Shown here: positions 54,162 to 61,998 of the stretch, piece by piece
How the letters are laid out: each line of letters begins with the position of its first letter
Position numbering within the stretch: position 1 is the first letter of the stretch
Assembly: GCA_017621695.1 (NCBI GenBank)
Contig: JAGASP010000068.1
Coordinates: 3,858-67,857 of the forward strand
Length of the DNA stretch: 64,000 bases
Direction of reading: 5' to 3'
Source: Clostridia bacterium
GTDB lineage: Bacteria; Bacillota; Clostridia; Oscillospirales; CAG-272
Notes under the pieces: generated by a model
The model's database searches: none
What the model was told of the DNA's origin: nothing
Seen by the model: only the letters and a program-made list of their open reading frames with translations
Translations under genes and position numbers: made by a program

Positions 54162-55694
54162 ATGAAAAAAATTCTTGCTGTAGCATTGATTTTGTCTCTG
54201 CTCATGTCTTTGGCCGTTGTGGGCGCTTCCGCTCTGTCTCCCAACGTGGATGCATCTACGTGGGAAAGCCTCGAGTTGAAGGCTCTGTACGTTCAGTCCG
54301 ATGCAGATATTTACTCTGATCTGGACGAGGATTATTGGGAGTATTGGTGGGAGGACGAGGTCCCCGAGTCCGACGATGCATGGCTCATGGCCAGCACCAT
54401 CAATATGCGCGGCTTTGCCATGTCCCCCGACGGTCGCTATCTCTACATGGGTCAGCTGAACGGCGGCACCGGTGTTCGCGGCGTTGTGGTCTACGACACC
54501 CAAAAGTGTGTCGTGACCGACCTGTATTACCATTATGACGGCGAGGCCGGCTTGGAAGGGTCCCCTTATTCCTACGCCAAGGGCATTGCCGCTGATGATC
54601 GCGGTTACGTATATGTCGGCTATGCCTTCTCCCTGAACTATAATCTTGTCAATCTGGGTATTGCACAGCAGAAGGAAGACGGTGCGCTGGAAGAGGTTTC
54701 CCTGACGGCGGCTTACGCATTCGGCGAGCCCGGTGATGCCGGCGGTATCCACGTTGGTGTTAACGGCGTTGACGTTGTCAAGGTTGGCGACAGCTACTAT
54801 TGCTACGTCATGATCAATTATGACTACGATGCACTGTACTGCTTCGACGTGACCGATCCCGCTAACCCCAAGCTGAACAAGGATTTTGGTGACAACGGTT
54901 TGATCAACTTCAGCGATGATGCCAACCCCGTGGTCGCTCCCGGCTATACTCTTAAGGAAGGTCAGTATATGGACGTGGATGACGACGGTGTCATCTGGTT
55001 GGTCGTCAATACCAACGAGGGTATGGACGGTGTGATGAAGATCTCTCCCAACGGTAGCTCCTGTGTGTCCTTTGCGGAGCTTCAGGGTGTCTACTCCGTC
55101 GAGCATGAGGGTGGATTCCTGCTTTGCGGTATGAAGGACGGTTCTGCTGTGGTCGTTTTGGATGACGCTTCCTTCGAGCAGGTCGCCTCTGTTCCCGTGG
55201 TTGCCGATTACGGAGACAGAATTGTGCGTGTGCTGGTCGTAAATGACGTGCTCTTCGTGGCTGATGCCGGCAACGATACCCACGGCAACAATGCAGTTCA
55301 CGCGGCGCCTCTGACCGCTGACGGACAGGTATTCTTTGACAGCCTGGTTGCCAACTTCGCAAAGAGCGGGGAAGAGCCCGAGGAGGATTCTTCTGAGGCC
55401 GAGTCTACCCCTGCTGTATCTGATCCCGGCGAATCTCAGCCTACAGAATCCGACCCTGTAGAGTCCGGTTCTGTGGAATCCGAGCCTGTGTCCGAGTCTG
55501 AGTCTGTCTCTACTCCCGCAGAATCCGAGTCTGCTTCAGCTCCCGTAGCGTCCGACTCTGCCGAGGATTCCTCTGCCGCGGAGTCTGCTTCCAAGGCAGA
55601 AGAGAAGTCCGGTTGCGGTGCAACCGTTCTCGGTTCCGCCTCCGTTCTCATGCTCGCTATGGCTGCTGCCGTCGTTCTGAAAAAGAAGGATTGA
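54162..55694 (+). CDS. Secreted putative beta-propeller surface protein with acidic linker and Cys-containing C-terminal tripartite tail
   Basis: ATG 54162 follows a GGAGAG RBS. Signal peptide is MKKILAVALILSLLMSLAVVGASA. A repetitive beta-rich body of about 400 aa follows. Next is an S/E/P/A acidic linker of about 110 aa. The tail is AEEKSGCGATVLGSASVLMLAMAAAVVLKKKD. There is no LPXTG. Confidence 0.8.
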   Translation: MKKILAVALILSLLMSLAVVGASALSPNVDASTWESLELKALYVQSDADIYSDLDEDYWEYWWEDEVPESDDAWLMASTINMRGFAMSPDGRYLYMGQLNGGTGVRGVVVYDTQKCVVTDLYYHYDGEAGLEGSPYSYAKGIAADDRGYVYVGYAFSLNYNLVNLGIAQQKEDGALEEVSLTAAYAFGEPGDAGGIHVGVNGVDVVKVGDSYYCYVMINYDYDALYCFDVTDPANPKLNKDFGDNGLINFSDDANPVVAPGYTLKEGQYMDVDDDGVIWLVVNTNEGMDGVMKISPNGSSCVSFAELQGVYSVEHEGGFLLCGMKDGSAVVVLDDASFEQVASVPVVADYGDRIVRVLVVNDVLFVADAGNDTHGNNAVHAAPLTADGQVFFDSLVANFAKSGEEPEEDSSEAESTPAVSDPGESQPTESDPVESGSVESEPVSESESVSTPAESESASAPVASDSAEDSSAAESASKAEEKSGCGATVLGSASVLMLAMAAAVVLKKKD

Positions 55695-55711
55695 TTGCAT
55701 AAAAATACCCC

Positions 55712-55748
55712 AAAAGCGAGGGAGCTTTCAAAGCTCCCTCGCTTTTTT
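55712..55748 (+). terminator. Intrinsic terminator after the surface-protein gene
   Basis: GCGAGGGAGCTT-TCA-AAGCTCCCTCGC followed by TTTTTT. Confidence 0.75.
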
Positions 55749-55844
55749 AATATATGACATAAAAATATTCAATTTCTATTCATATTTTTGCGCTATAATG
55801 ATACACAAGTTTTTTTGACTGATCTCCACATGAAAGGAATGCCT

Positions 55845-56663
55845 ATGTATCCATATAAAATATTGGGAGACATTGACCTTTACAGCATTTTCATGCTGAT
55901 CGGTGTGCTTGTCTGCCTCGTGTTCATCCGCCTTTTGTCGGATCTTCGGAAAATGCGCGCAACGTGGACAAATCTCGCTTTGTTCAATGCCGTTTTGGCC
56001 GTGGTTCTCGGTTACGGCGGCGCAGTTTTATTCCAAGCCTTTTATAACTTCATGGCAGACGGCGTGTTTGAAATTGCCAAAAATACGGGCGCTACCTTCT
56101 ACGGCGGCCTCATCGGCGGAACCGCAATGTTTATCGTGATCTACTTTATTGCAGGTCACTTTCTCTTCAAGGACGGTTACCACATTCCCCATCTGCGGAC
56201 AGCTTCGGATATGGCTGCCCCCTGCATCACGGTTGCCCATGCCTTCGGTCGCTTGGGATGCCTCATGGCAGGCTGTTGCCACGGCGCAAAAACCGATGCT
56301 TGGTACGGTATCGAGATGAAGTATCTCGGGTATAAGGTCGTGCCCGTGCAGCTTTTTGAGGCGCTTTTCCTGTTTGCTCTCTGCGCTGTGACCTTTATTC
56401 TGTTTGTGAAAAAGAAAAAATACATTCTGCCGCTGTATATGGCTGCATATGCCATCTGGAGGTTTGTGGCAGAGTATCTGCGCGCGGATGACAGAGGCGC
56501 GACGCTTGTGGACTTCTGGTCTCCTTCTCAGCTCATCTCTGTCCTGCTGCTCTCCGGCGGTATCCTGCTTTTTGCCATCGAGCTGTGGATAGACCGCAGA
56601 AAAAAAGGAGACGGGATAACTGCACCCGAGGCAGCTCCTTCGACTCCCGAAGAGGACGCATGA
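55845..56663 (+). CDS. lgt: Prolipoprotein diacylglyceryl transferase (Lgt) family protein, divergent signature
   Basis: The ORF is open from 55788, and in-frame ATGs lie at 55830, 55839 and 55845. AAAGGAA plus 6 nt favours 55845 (MYPYKILGDIDLYSIFML). Lgt-like motifs are FYGGLIGG and AHAFGRLGCLMAGCCHG. The canonical GR(I/W)GNFxNxExxG is replaced by a Cys-rich version. A TATAAT box lies at 55794-55799. Confidence 0.75.
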   Translation: MYPYKILGDIDLYSIFMLIGVLVCLVFIRLLSDLRKMRATWTNLALFNAVLAVVLGYGGAVLFQAFYNFMADGVFEIAKNTGATFYGGLIGGTAMFIVIYFIAGHFLFKDGYHIPHLRTASDMAAPCITVAHAFGRLGCLMAGCCHGAKTDAWYGIEMKYLGYKVVPVQLFEALFLFALCAVTFILFVKKKKYILPLYMAAYAIWRFVAEYLRADDRGATLVDFWSPSQLISVLLLSGGILLFAIELWIDRRKKGDGITAPEAAPSTPEEDA

Positions 56664-56664
56664 T

Positions 56665-57528
56665 ATGAAAAATGAATTTGATTTCAGTCGTGCCCCCGAG
56701 CCGCCTCCCACGCGGGATGTGCGACGCATCGTAGCCATCGTGCTGACCCTAATCGGCATGGCCGCCCTCTTGTTTTTTGAGATCGGCAAGCCTGTTCTTT
56801 CCGAGGACGCGACCTTGCAGTCCCTCTATACCATGACCGCCACGCGCGGTATCGGCGGTATTGTGTTTTTGGCGATCCTTGTATATCTCGGATATCGCGT
56901 GATGAACCCGTTGCAAAAGCCCTTTGGAAAAGCGTTGCTGTTTTGTCTGCCTGCCGCGCTTGTGGTGGTCAACAATATGCCCATTCTCTCTATGATTTGG
57001 GGAGATGCTTACTTTGTCCACGGCGAGCCTTGGTACATCCTGTGGTTCGCGCTGGAGTGCTTTGCCATCGGCTTGTTTGAAGAGACCGCCTTTCGCGGTG
57101 TGGCACTGCTTTTGATCGCGGAGAAGAGAAGAACAACAAAAAAAGGACTGTTTATCAGCATTCTTTTGTCGTCGGCTGTGTTTGGCGTGATCCATTTAGC
57201 CAACATTCTGGCAGGCGCGTCCCCGGGCGCTGTGTTCCTGCAGATCGGGTATTCTTTCCTCATCGGTGCTATGTGCTCGGTGGTTCTTTTGAAAACAGGA
57301 AACCTGTGGCTGTGCGTGATCCTTCATGCGGTCTATGATTTTTCGGGCAATCTGATGCCCACCCTCGGTGCGGGAACCTGGTGGGATATCCCTACCGTGA
57401 TCTTTACTGCGGTACTTGCCGTATGTACCACCGTGTTTTACGTGGTGGCGTTTATTCGGCTGGATCCGCAGGAGACCGAGCGTCTCTATCCCCCCAAAAA
57501 TTCGCAAGACAATGTTAATGCAACATAA
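56665..57528 (+). CDS. CPBP-family intramembrane glutamic endopeptidase (CAAX/Rce1-like)
   Basis: 287 aa. The ATG lies 1 nt after the lgt-like stop (TGAtATG). Motifs are EETAFRG (EExxxR), FGVIHL (FxxxH) and HAVYDF (HxxxD). Confidence 0.85.
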   Translation: MKNEFDFSRAPEPPPTRDVRRIVAIVLTLIGMAALLFFEIGKPVLSEDATLQSLYTMTATRGIGGIVFLAILVYLGYRVMNPLQKPFGKALLFCLPAALVVVNNMPILSMIWGDAYFVHGEPWYILWFALECFAIGLFEETAFRGVALLLIAEKRRTTKKGLFISILLSSAVFGVIHLANILAGASPGAVFLQIGYSFLIGAMCSVVLLKTGNLWLCVILHAVYDFSGNLMPTLGAGTWWDIPTVIFTAVLAVCTTVFYVVAFIRLDPQETERLYPPKNSQDNVNAT

Positions 57529-57543
57529 GGAAAGGAAAACAAT

Positions 57544-58854
57544 ATGGAAAACCGATACTATCAGCCTGAGATTGAGACCATGTCCCATGAGGATATGCAG
57601 AAGCTTCAATCCGAAAAGCTTGTGAAGCAGGTACGCCACATCTACGATCACGTGCCTTACTACCGCGCCAAGATGGAGAAGAAGGGCGTGACCCCCGACG
57701 ACATCCACGGTATTGAGGATCTCCACAAGCTCCCCTTCATCACCAAGGACGATCTCCGTGACCAGTATCCCAAGGGATTCCTCGCCGTCGACCAGTCCAA
57801 GTGTGTCCGTATCCAGTCTACCTCGGGTACCACCGGCCGCCGCGTGGTTGCCTTCTACACCCAGCACGACGTGGATCTGTGGGAGGACTGCTGTGCCCGC
57901 GCCATCATGGCGGTGGGCGGCACCAATGAGGATGTTTGTCAGGTTGCGTATGGCTACGGTCTGTTCACAGGCGGCCCCGGCCTCAACGGCGGCTCCCATA
58001 AGGTGGGCTGTCTGACTCTCCCCATGTCCTCGGGTAACACCGAGCGTCAGATCCAGTTCATGATGGATCTGGGGGCTACCATCCTCTGCTGCACTCCCTC
58101 CTATGCTGCATATCTCGGTGAGTCCTTGAAGGAGCGCGGCTATAAGCCTGAGGATAACAAGCTGAAGGCAGGCATCTTCGGCGCTGAGCCCTGGACCGAG
58201 GAGATGCGTCGCGACATCGAGAAGTCTTTGGGCATCAAGGCCTACGACATCTACGGTCTGACCGAGATTTCCGGCCCCGGCGTGTCCTTTGAGTGCACCG
58301 CCCAGGCGGGTATGCACATCAACGAGGACCACTTCCTCGCTGAGATCATCGACCCCGACACCGAAGAGGTCCTTCCCGAGGGTGAGAAGGGTGAGCTGGT
58401 CTTCACTTGTCTCGACAAGGAAGCCTTCCCCATGTTGCGCTACCGCACCCGCGACATCTGCGTGCTGACCCGCGAGAAGTGCTCCTGCGGCCGTACCCTC
58501 GTCCGTATGAAGAAGCCCATGGGTCGTTCTGATGATATGCTCATCATCCGCGGTGTCAACGTATTCCCCTCCCAGATCGAGACGGTTCTTTTGCAGGAGG
58601 GCTATGCTCCCAACTATTTCATCGAGGTGGATCGTGTGAACAACACCGACACCCTGGACATCTACGTGGAGCTGACCGAGGATCAGTTCTCGGATACCGT
58701 CAAGGCCGTCACCGCTGCAGAGAAGGCTTTGGCAAACGCTATCAAGACCATGCTGGGCATCAACCCCGCCGTCCATCTGGTGGCTCCCAAGACCATCGCT
58801 CGTTCCGAGGGCAAGGCCGTCCGCGTCAAGGACAAGAGAAAGCTGCATGACTAA
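57544..58854 (+). CDS. Phenylacetate-CoA ligase (PaaK/F390 synthetase) family protein
   Basis: 436 aa: MENRYYQPEIETMSHEDMQKLQSEKL. AMP-binding motifs are QSTSGTTGRR and IYGLTE. Confidence 0.88.
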   Translation: MENRYYQPEIETMSHEDMQKLQSEKLVKQVRHIYDHVPYYRAKMEKKGVTPDDIHGIEDLHKLPFITKDDLRDQYPKGFLAVDQSKCVRIQSTSGTTGRRVVAFYTQHDVDLWEDCCARAIMAVGGTNEDVCQVAYGYGLFTGGPGLNGGSHKVGCLTLPMSSGNTERQIQFMMDLGATILCCTPSYAAYLGESLKERGYKPEDNKLKAGIFGAEPWTEEMRRDIEKSLGIKAYDIYGLTEISGPGVSFECTAQAGMHINEDHFLAEIIDPDTEEVLPEGEKGELVFTCLDKEAFPMLRYRTRDICVLTREKCSCGRTLVRMKKPMGRSDDMLIIRGVNVFPSQIETVLLQEGYAPNYFIEVDRVNNTDTLDIYVELTEDQFSDTVKAVTAAEKALANAIKTMLGINPAVHLVAPKTIARSEGKAVRVKDKRKLHD

Positions 58855-58860
58855 GGGAGG

Positions 58861-58934
58861 ACGCAAGGGCTCTGCCCTTGACCCGCTTGAAACCTTTTTG
58901 AAAAAAGGCTTCGGGACTCCCCAAACCCTTTAAC
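58861..58934. repeat. GC-rich palindromic intergenic repeat, copy C1
   Basis: ACGCAAGGGCTCTGCCCTTGACCCGCTTGAAACCTTTTTGAAAAAAGGCTTCGGGACTCCCCAAACCCTTTAAC. The first 27 nt after the leading A are identical to the reverse complement of C2. It contains hairpins CAAGGGC-TCT-GCCCTTG and CCTTTTT/AAAAAGG. Confidence 0.8.
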
Positions 58935-59016
58935 AAAACAGTTTGTTTTTCTCTATTGCGGGAGGCCTGTTCCTCCCGTGCAACACATATTTCTTCAACC
59001 GAAAGGAGACTATATC

Positions 59017-59454
59017 ATGGCAATCCGACAGATTTCCGTATTTGTACCCAACCAGAACGGCTCCCTGGAGAAGCTCGTTAATATTCTGGCCGAGGCGCAG
59101 GTAGATATGCGCGCCATGGCCATTGCCGATACCATGGAATTTGGTATCCTCCGTATGATCGTCAAGGGACACGACAAGGCTTGCGAGGCTCTGCGTGAGG
59201 CAGGCTATCTGGTTTCCCAGAACGAAGTCACCGCTGTTGAGATCCCTGACCAGCCCGGCGGTCTTGCAAACGTCGTCAGCATTCTGGCGGGCCGCGGTGT
59301 CAACATTGAGTATACCTACGCTTTTATGACGCGTTCTCACGGTCATGCTTGCGTTGTATTCCGCGTGGAGGACAACGAGCTTGTGGAGAACATCCTTGCC
59401 CAGAACGGCATTTCTTGCCTCAAGCACGGCGGCAACGACGAAGCTCCCTGGTGA
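59017..59454 (+). CDS. ACT domain-containing protein
   Basis: AAGGAG RBS plus ATG 59017 (MAIRQISVFVPNQNGSLEKLVNILAEAQVDMRAMAIADT). Two ACT-like halves. This is the usual partner of PaaK-like ligases in anaerobes. Confidence 0.8.
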   Translation: MAIRQISVFVPNQNGSLEKLVNILAEAQVDMRAMAIADTMEFGILRMIVKGHDKACEALREAGYLVSQNEVTAVEIPDQPGGLANVVSILAGRGVNIEYTYAFMTRSHGHACVVFRVEDNELVENILAQNGISCLKHGGNDEAPW

Positions 59455-59467
59455 TCCGCTTTATATG

Positions 59468-59503
59468 AAAATCGCCCTTGACCGCGGTCAAGGGCGATTT
59501 TTT
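59468..59503. terminator. Bidirectional terminator between convergent ACT gene and metA
   Basis: AAA-ATCGCCCTTGACC-GC-GGTCAAGGGCGAT-TTTTTT. It overlaps the metA stop codon. It shares the GGTCAAGGGC core with repeats C1 and C2. Confidence 0.75.
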
Positions 59504-60419
59504 ATTGGATCTTACCGATATCGTAAGGCGTGGTCTGATAGACATAGTAGTTGAGCCAGTTGGAGTAGAACAGGTTGGCACAGGAACGCCACGTGACGAC
59601 GGGATCTCGGGTGTCGTCATTGTCGGGGAAATAGTTGACGGGGATATCAATGGGAAGGCCTGCGTTTTTGTCGCGCATATATTCGTTTTTGAGGGTGTCG
59701 GCATCGTACTCCGAGTGCCCCATGACGTAGATCTGCTTGCCGCGTGCGGTCATGGCGCAGAATACCCCCGCCTCGGCGGAGCTTGTGATGATGCGCAGCT
59801 CGGGAACGGCCTCGATGTCCTCCCGCTTGGTGGTGGTGTGACGGGAATGGGGGACGTTGAAAACGTCATCGTAGCCGCGGAAGAGCATGGAGCGGTTGTA
59901 GTCCAGCTTATGCTCGTACACGCCGAAGAGCTTTTTCTCCAAGGGGTATTTCGGGATGCCGTAGTGGTAGTAAAGACCTGCCTGTGCACCCCAACAGATG
60001 TGCAGGGTGGAGGTGACGTTGGTCTTGCTCCACTCCATGATCTCGCAAAGCTCGGGCCAGTAGTCCACGCTTTCGAAGGGCATTTGCTCTACGGGCGCGC
60101 CCGTGATGATCATGCCGTCGTATTTCTTATGCTTGATCTCATCAAAGGTTTTGTAGAAGGCCAGCATATGCTCTTCGGATGTGTGGCTTGCCTTGTGCGT
60201 GGCGGTCTGGAGCAGCTCCAGCTCCACCTGCAGGGGGGTATTGCCGATGAGACGCGCGATCTGGGTCTCGGTCTCGATCTTCTTGGGCATGAGGTTGAGC
60301 ATAAGAATATGCAGAGGACGGATGTCCTGGGTGATGGCGCGTGTCTCGGTCATCACGAAGATGTTTTCTTTGAGAAGCTGCTCGGTGGCGGGGAGCAGGT
60401 TGGGAATTTTGATGGGCAT
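59502..60419 (-). CDS. metA: Homoserine O-acyltransferase MetA (acetyl/succinyl)
   Basis: 305 aa: [23 protein letters not shown] ... catalytic Cys in [17 protein letters not shown]. Confidence 0.9.
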   Translation of the reverse strand: MPIKIPNLLPATEQLLKENIFVMTETRAITQDIRPLHILMLNLMPKKIETETQIARLIGNTPLQVELELLQTATHKASHTSEEHMLAFYKTFDEIKHKKYDGMIITGAPVEQMPFESVDYWPELCEIMEWSKTNVTSTLHICWGAQAGLYYHYGIPKYPLEKKLFGVYEHKLDYNRSMLFRGYDDVFNVPHSRHTTTKREDIEAVPELRIITSSAEAGVFCAMTARGKQIYVMGHSEYDADTLKNEYMRDKNAGLPIDIPVNYFPDNDDTRDPVVTWRSCANLFYSNWLNYYVYQTTPYDIGKIQ

Positions 60420-60473
60420 GGTGACAGTCCTTTTCGTTTCGTATTCTGGGGAAAGGGCTAATGTATATTGCCT

Positions 60474-60575
60474 TTATTAAAAGTTTTTGGAGATGCTTAA
60501 GAACCTTTTTGTAAAAAGGTTCTTAAGCGGGTCAAGGGCAGAGCCCTTGCGGGGGTCAGGGGCAGAGCCCCTCGT
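60474..60575. repeat. GC-rich palindromic intergenic repeat, copy C2 (inverted relative to C1)
   Basis: ATTAAAAGTTTTTGGAGATG CTTAAGAACCTTTTT-GT-AAAAAGGTTCTTAAG (15-bp palindrome) CGGGTCAAGGGCAGAGCCCTTGCG GGGGTCAGGGGCAGAGCCCCTCG. It lies between the metY stop and the metA start. Confidence 0.8.
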
Positions 60576-60578
60576 AGC

Positions 60579-61853
60579 TCACGCGCGGAGAGCCTGATCC
60601 AGATCGGCGATGATGTCCTCTACATCCTCGATACCGATGGAGAGGCGAACCTGCTCGGGCTTGACACCGCAGGCGGTGAGCTGTTCATCGGTGAGCTGGC
60701 GGTGGGTAGTGGAGGCGGGATGCAACGCGCAGGAGCGGGCATCGGCCACGTGCACGACGATGTTCATGAGCTTCAGGCTGTCAAGGAACTTGCAAGCTGC
60801 CTCACGACCGCCCTTGATGCCTACGGAAATGACACCGCAAGCGCCCTTGGGCAGGTATTTTTGTGCCAGATCGTACTGGGAGTTACCGGGGAGCAGGGGA
60901 TAGTCCACCCAATCCACGCATTCGTGATTCTGCAGGAACTTGGCGACGGCCAATGCGTTGGCGCAATGCTTTTCCATGCGGAGCGCCAGCGTCTCCAGGC
61001 CGAGATTCAAAAGGAAGGCGGCCATGGGGGACATGGTATTACCCATGTCGCGGAGCATCTGTACGCGCGCCTTGGTCACAAAAGCGGCCTTGCCGAAGGA
61101 CTCGGTGTAGACCACGCCGTGATAAGACTCGTCGGGGGTGGTCAGCTCGGGATAACGACCGCCCACGTTCCAGTCAAAGTTGCCGCTGTCCACGATACAG
61201 CCGCCCACCACGGTGGCATGGCCGTCCATATACTTGGTGGTGGAGTGGGTGACGATGTCACAGCCGTACTCGAAGGGACGGCAGAGGACAGGGGTGGCAA
61301 AGGTGTTGTCCACCACCAGAGGCATCTGGTGCTTGTGGGCGAGGTTGGCGTAACGCTCGATATCGAAGACCACCAGCGCGGGATTGGCTACCGTCTCACC
61401 GAAGATCATACGGGTATTCTCGTCCATCATGGCCTCGATTTCCTCGTCGGTCATGTCAGGGGTGGCAAAGCGGACCTCAATGCCCATCTTCTTCAGGGTC
61501 ACGGCAAAGAGGTTGACGGTACCGCCGTAGATGGAGGCCAGGGAAATGATGTTCTGGCCGGCAGAGGTGATGTTCAAAACAGCGGTGAGGTTGGCGGCCT
61601 GACCCGAGGAGACCAGCATGGCACCCACGCCGCCCTCCATGTCGGAGATCTTATCCTCCACGCAAGCCAGCGTGGGGTTGGAAATGCGGGAATACATATG
61701 GCCGTCGGCCTTCAGATCAAACAGATCGCCCAGATGAGCGGCGGAATCGTACTTGTAGGTAGTGCTCTGGTAAATGGGCAGAACGCGGGGCTCGCCGTTT
61801 TCGGGCTTGTAGCCGGACTGTACGCATTTGGTGTGAATCTTGTAATTGGACAT
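60579..61853 (-). CDS. metY: O-acetylhomoserine aminocarboxypropyltransferase (sulfhydrylase), PLP-dependent
   Basis: 424 aa: MSNYKIHTKCVQSGYKPENGEPRVLPIYQSTTYKY. PLP-lysine motif is HSTTKYMDGHATV. Confidence 0.9.
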   Translation of the reverse strand: MSNYKIHTKCVQSGYKPENGEPRVLPIYQSTTYKYDSAAHLGDLFDLKADGHMYSRISNPTLACVEDKISDMEGGVGAMLVSSGQAANLTAVLNITSAGQNIISLASIYGGTVNLFAVTLKKMGIEVRFATPDMTDEEIEAMMDENTRMIFGETVANPALVVFDIERYANLAHKHQMPLVVDNTFATPVLCRPFEYGCDIVTHSTTKYMDGHATVVGGCIVDSGNFDWNVGGRYPELTTPDESYHGVVYTESFGKAAFVTKARVQMLRDMGNTMSPMAAFLLNLGLETLALRMEKHCANALAVAKFLQNHECVDWVDYPLLPGNSQYDLAQKYLPKGACGVISVGIKGGREAACKFLDSLKLMNIVVHVADARSCALHPASTTHRQLTDEQLTACGVKPEQVRLSIGIEDVEDIIADLDQALRA

Positions 61854-61880
61854 GATTTTTTCCTCCTATATACAGGGAGT

Positions 61881-61935
61881 ACGCAAGGAGGCTTTTTGAA
61901 AAAAGCCCCTTTGACCCCCAAAAACTTTTAATCAA
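61881..61935. repeat. GC-rich palindromic intergenic repeat, copy C3 (shorter)
   Basis: ACGCAAGGAGGCTTTTTGAAAAAAGCCCCTTTGACCCCCAAAAACTTTTAAT. It shares the ACGCAAGG start, the TTTTTGAAAAAAG palindrome and the CCAAAAACTTTTAAT end with C1 and with the reverse complement of C2. Confidence 0.65.
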
Positions 61936-61998
61936 TTAAGGGGTAGCCAAGTGATCAAATGCCCGATAGAGACCGGACATTTTGGGGCAAGTCGAAGA

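Noticed and set aside
57196-58866. 556-aa minus-strand ORF. The same reasoning applies to 60702-61931 (+), 62272-63456 (+), 59478-60461 (+), 54141-55301 (-), 52445-53989 (-), 51049-52512 (-), 50222-51190 (-), 45689-46852 (+), 41434-42552 (+), 35013-36095 (+), 18062-18994 (-) and 10988-11902 (-).
   Set aside because: Each one is antisense to a gene with clear family motifs: the PaaK-like ligase, metY, the LRR protein, metA, the surface protein, the MoxR triad, 5-FCL/DJ-1, the TIM-barrel protein, the 5'-nucleotidase, the binding protein and the wall-binding repeats. All are shadow ORFs.
60420-61998. Search for an S-box (SAM-I) riboswitch or T-box upstream of metY and metA
   Set aside because: The leaders (145 nt and 159 nt) contain only the palindromic repeats C2 and C3. 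No S-box core (such as the conserved GAGGGA ... GCAACC elements) or T-box specifier/terminator pattern was seen by eye. A covariance-model scan (Rfam RF00162, RF00230) would be decisive.
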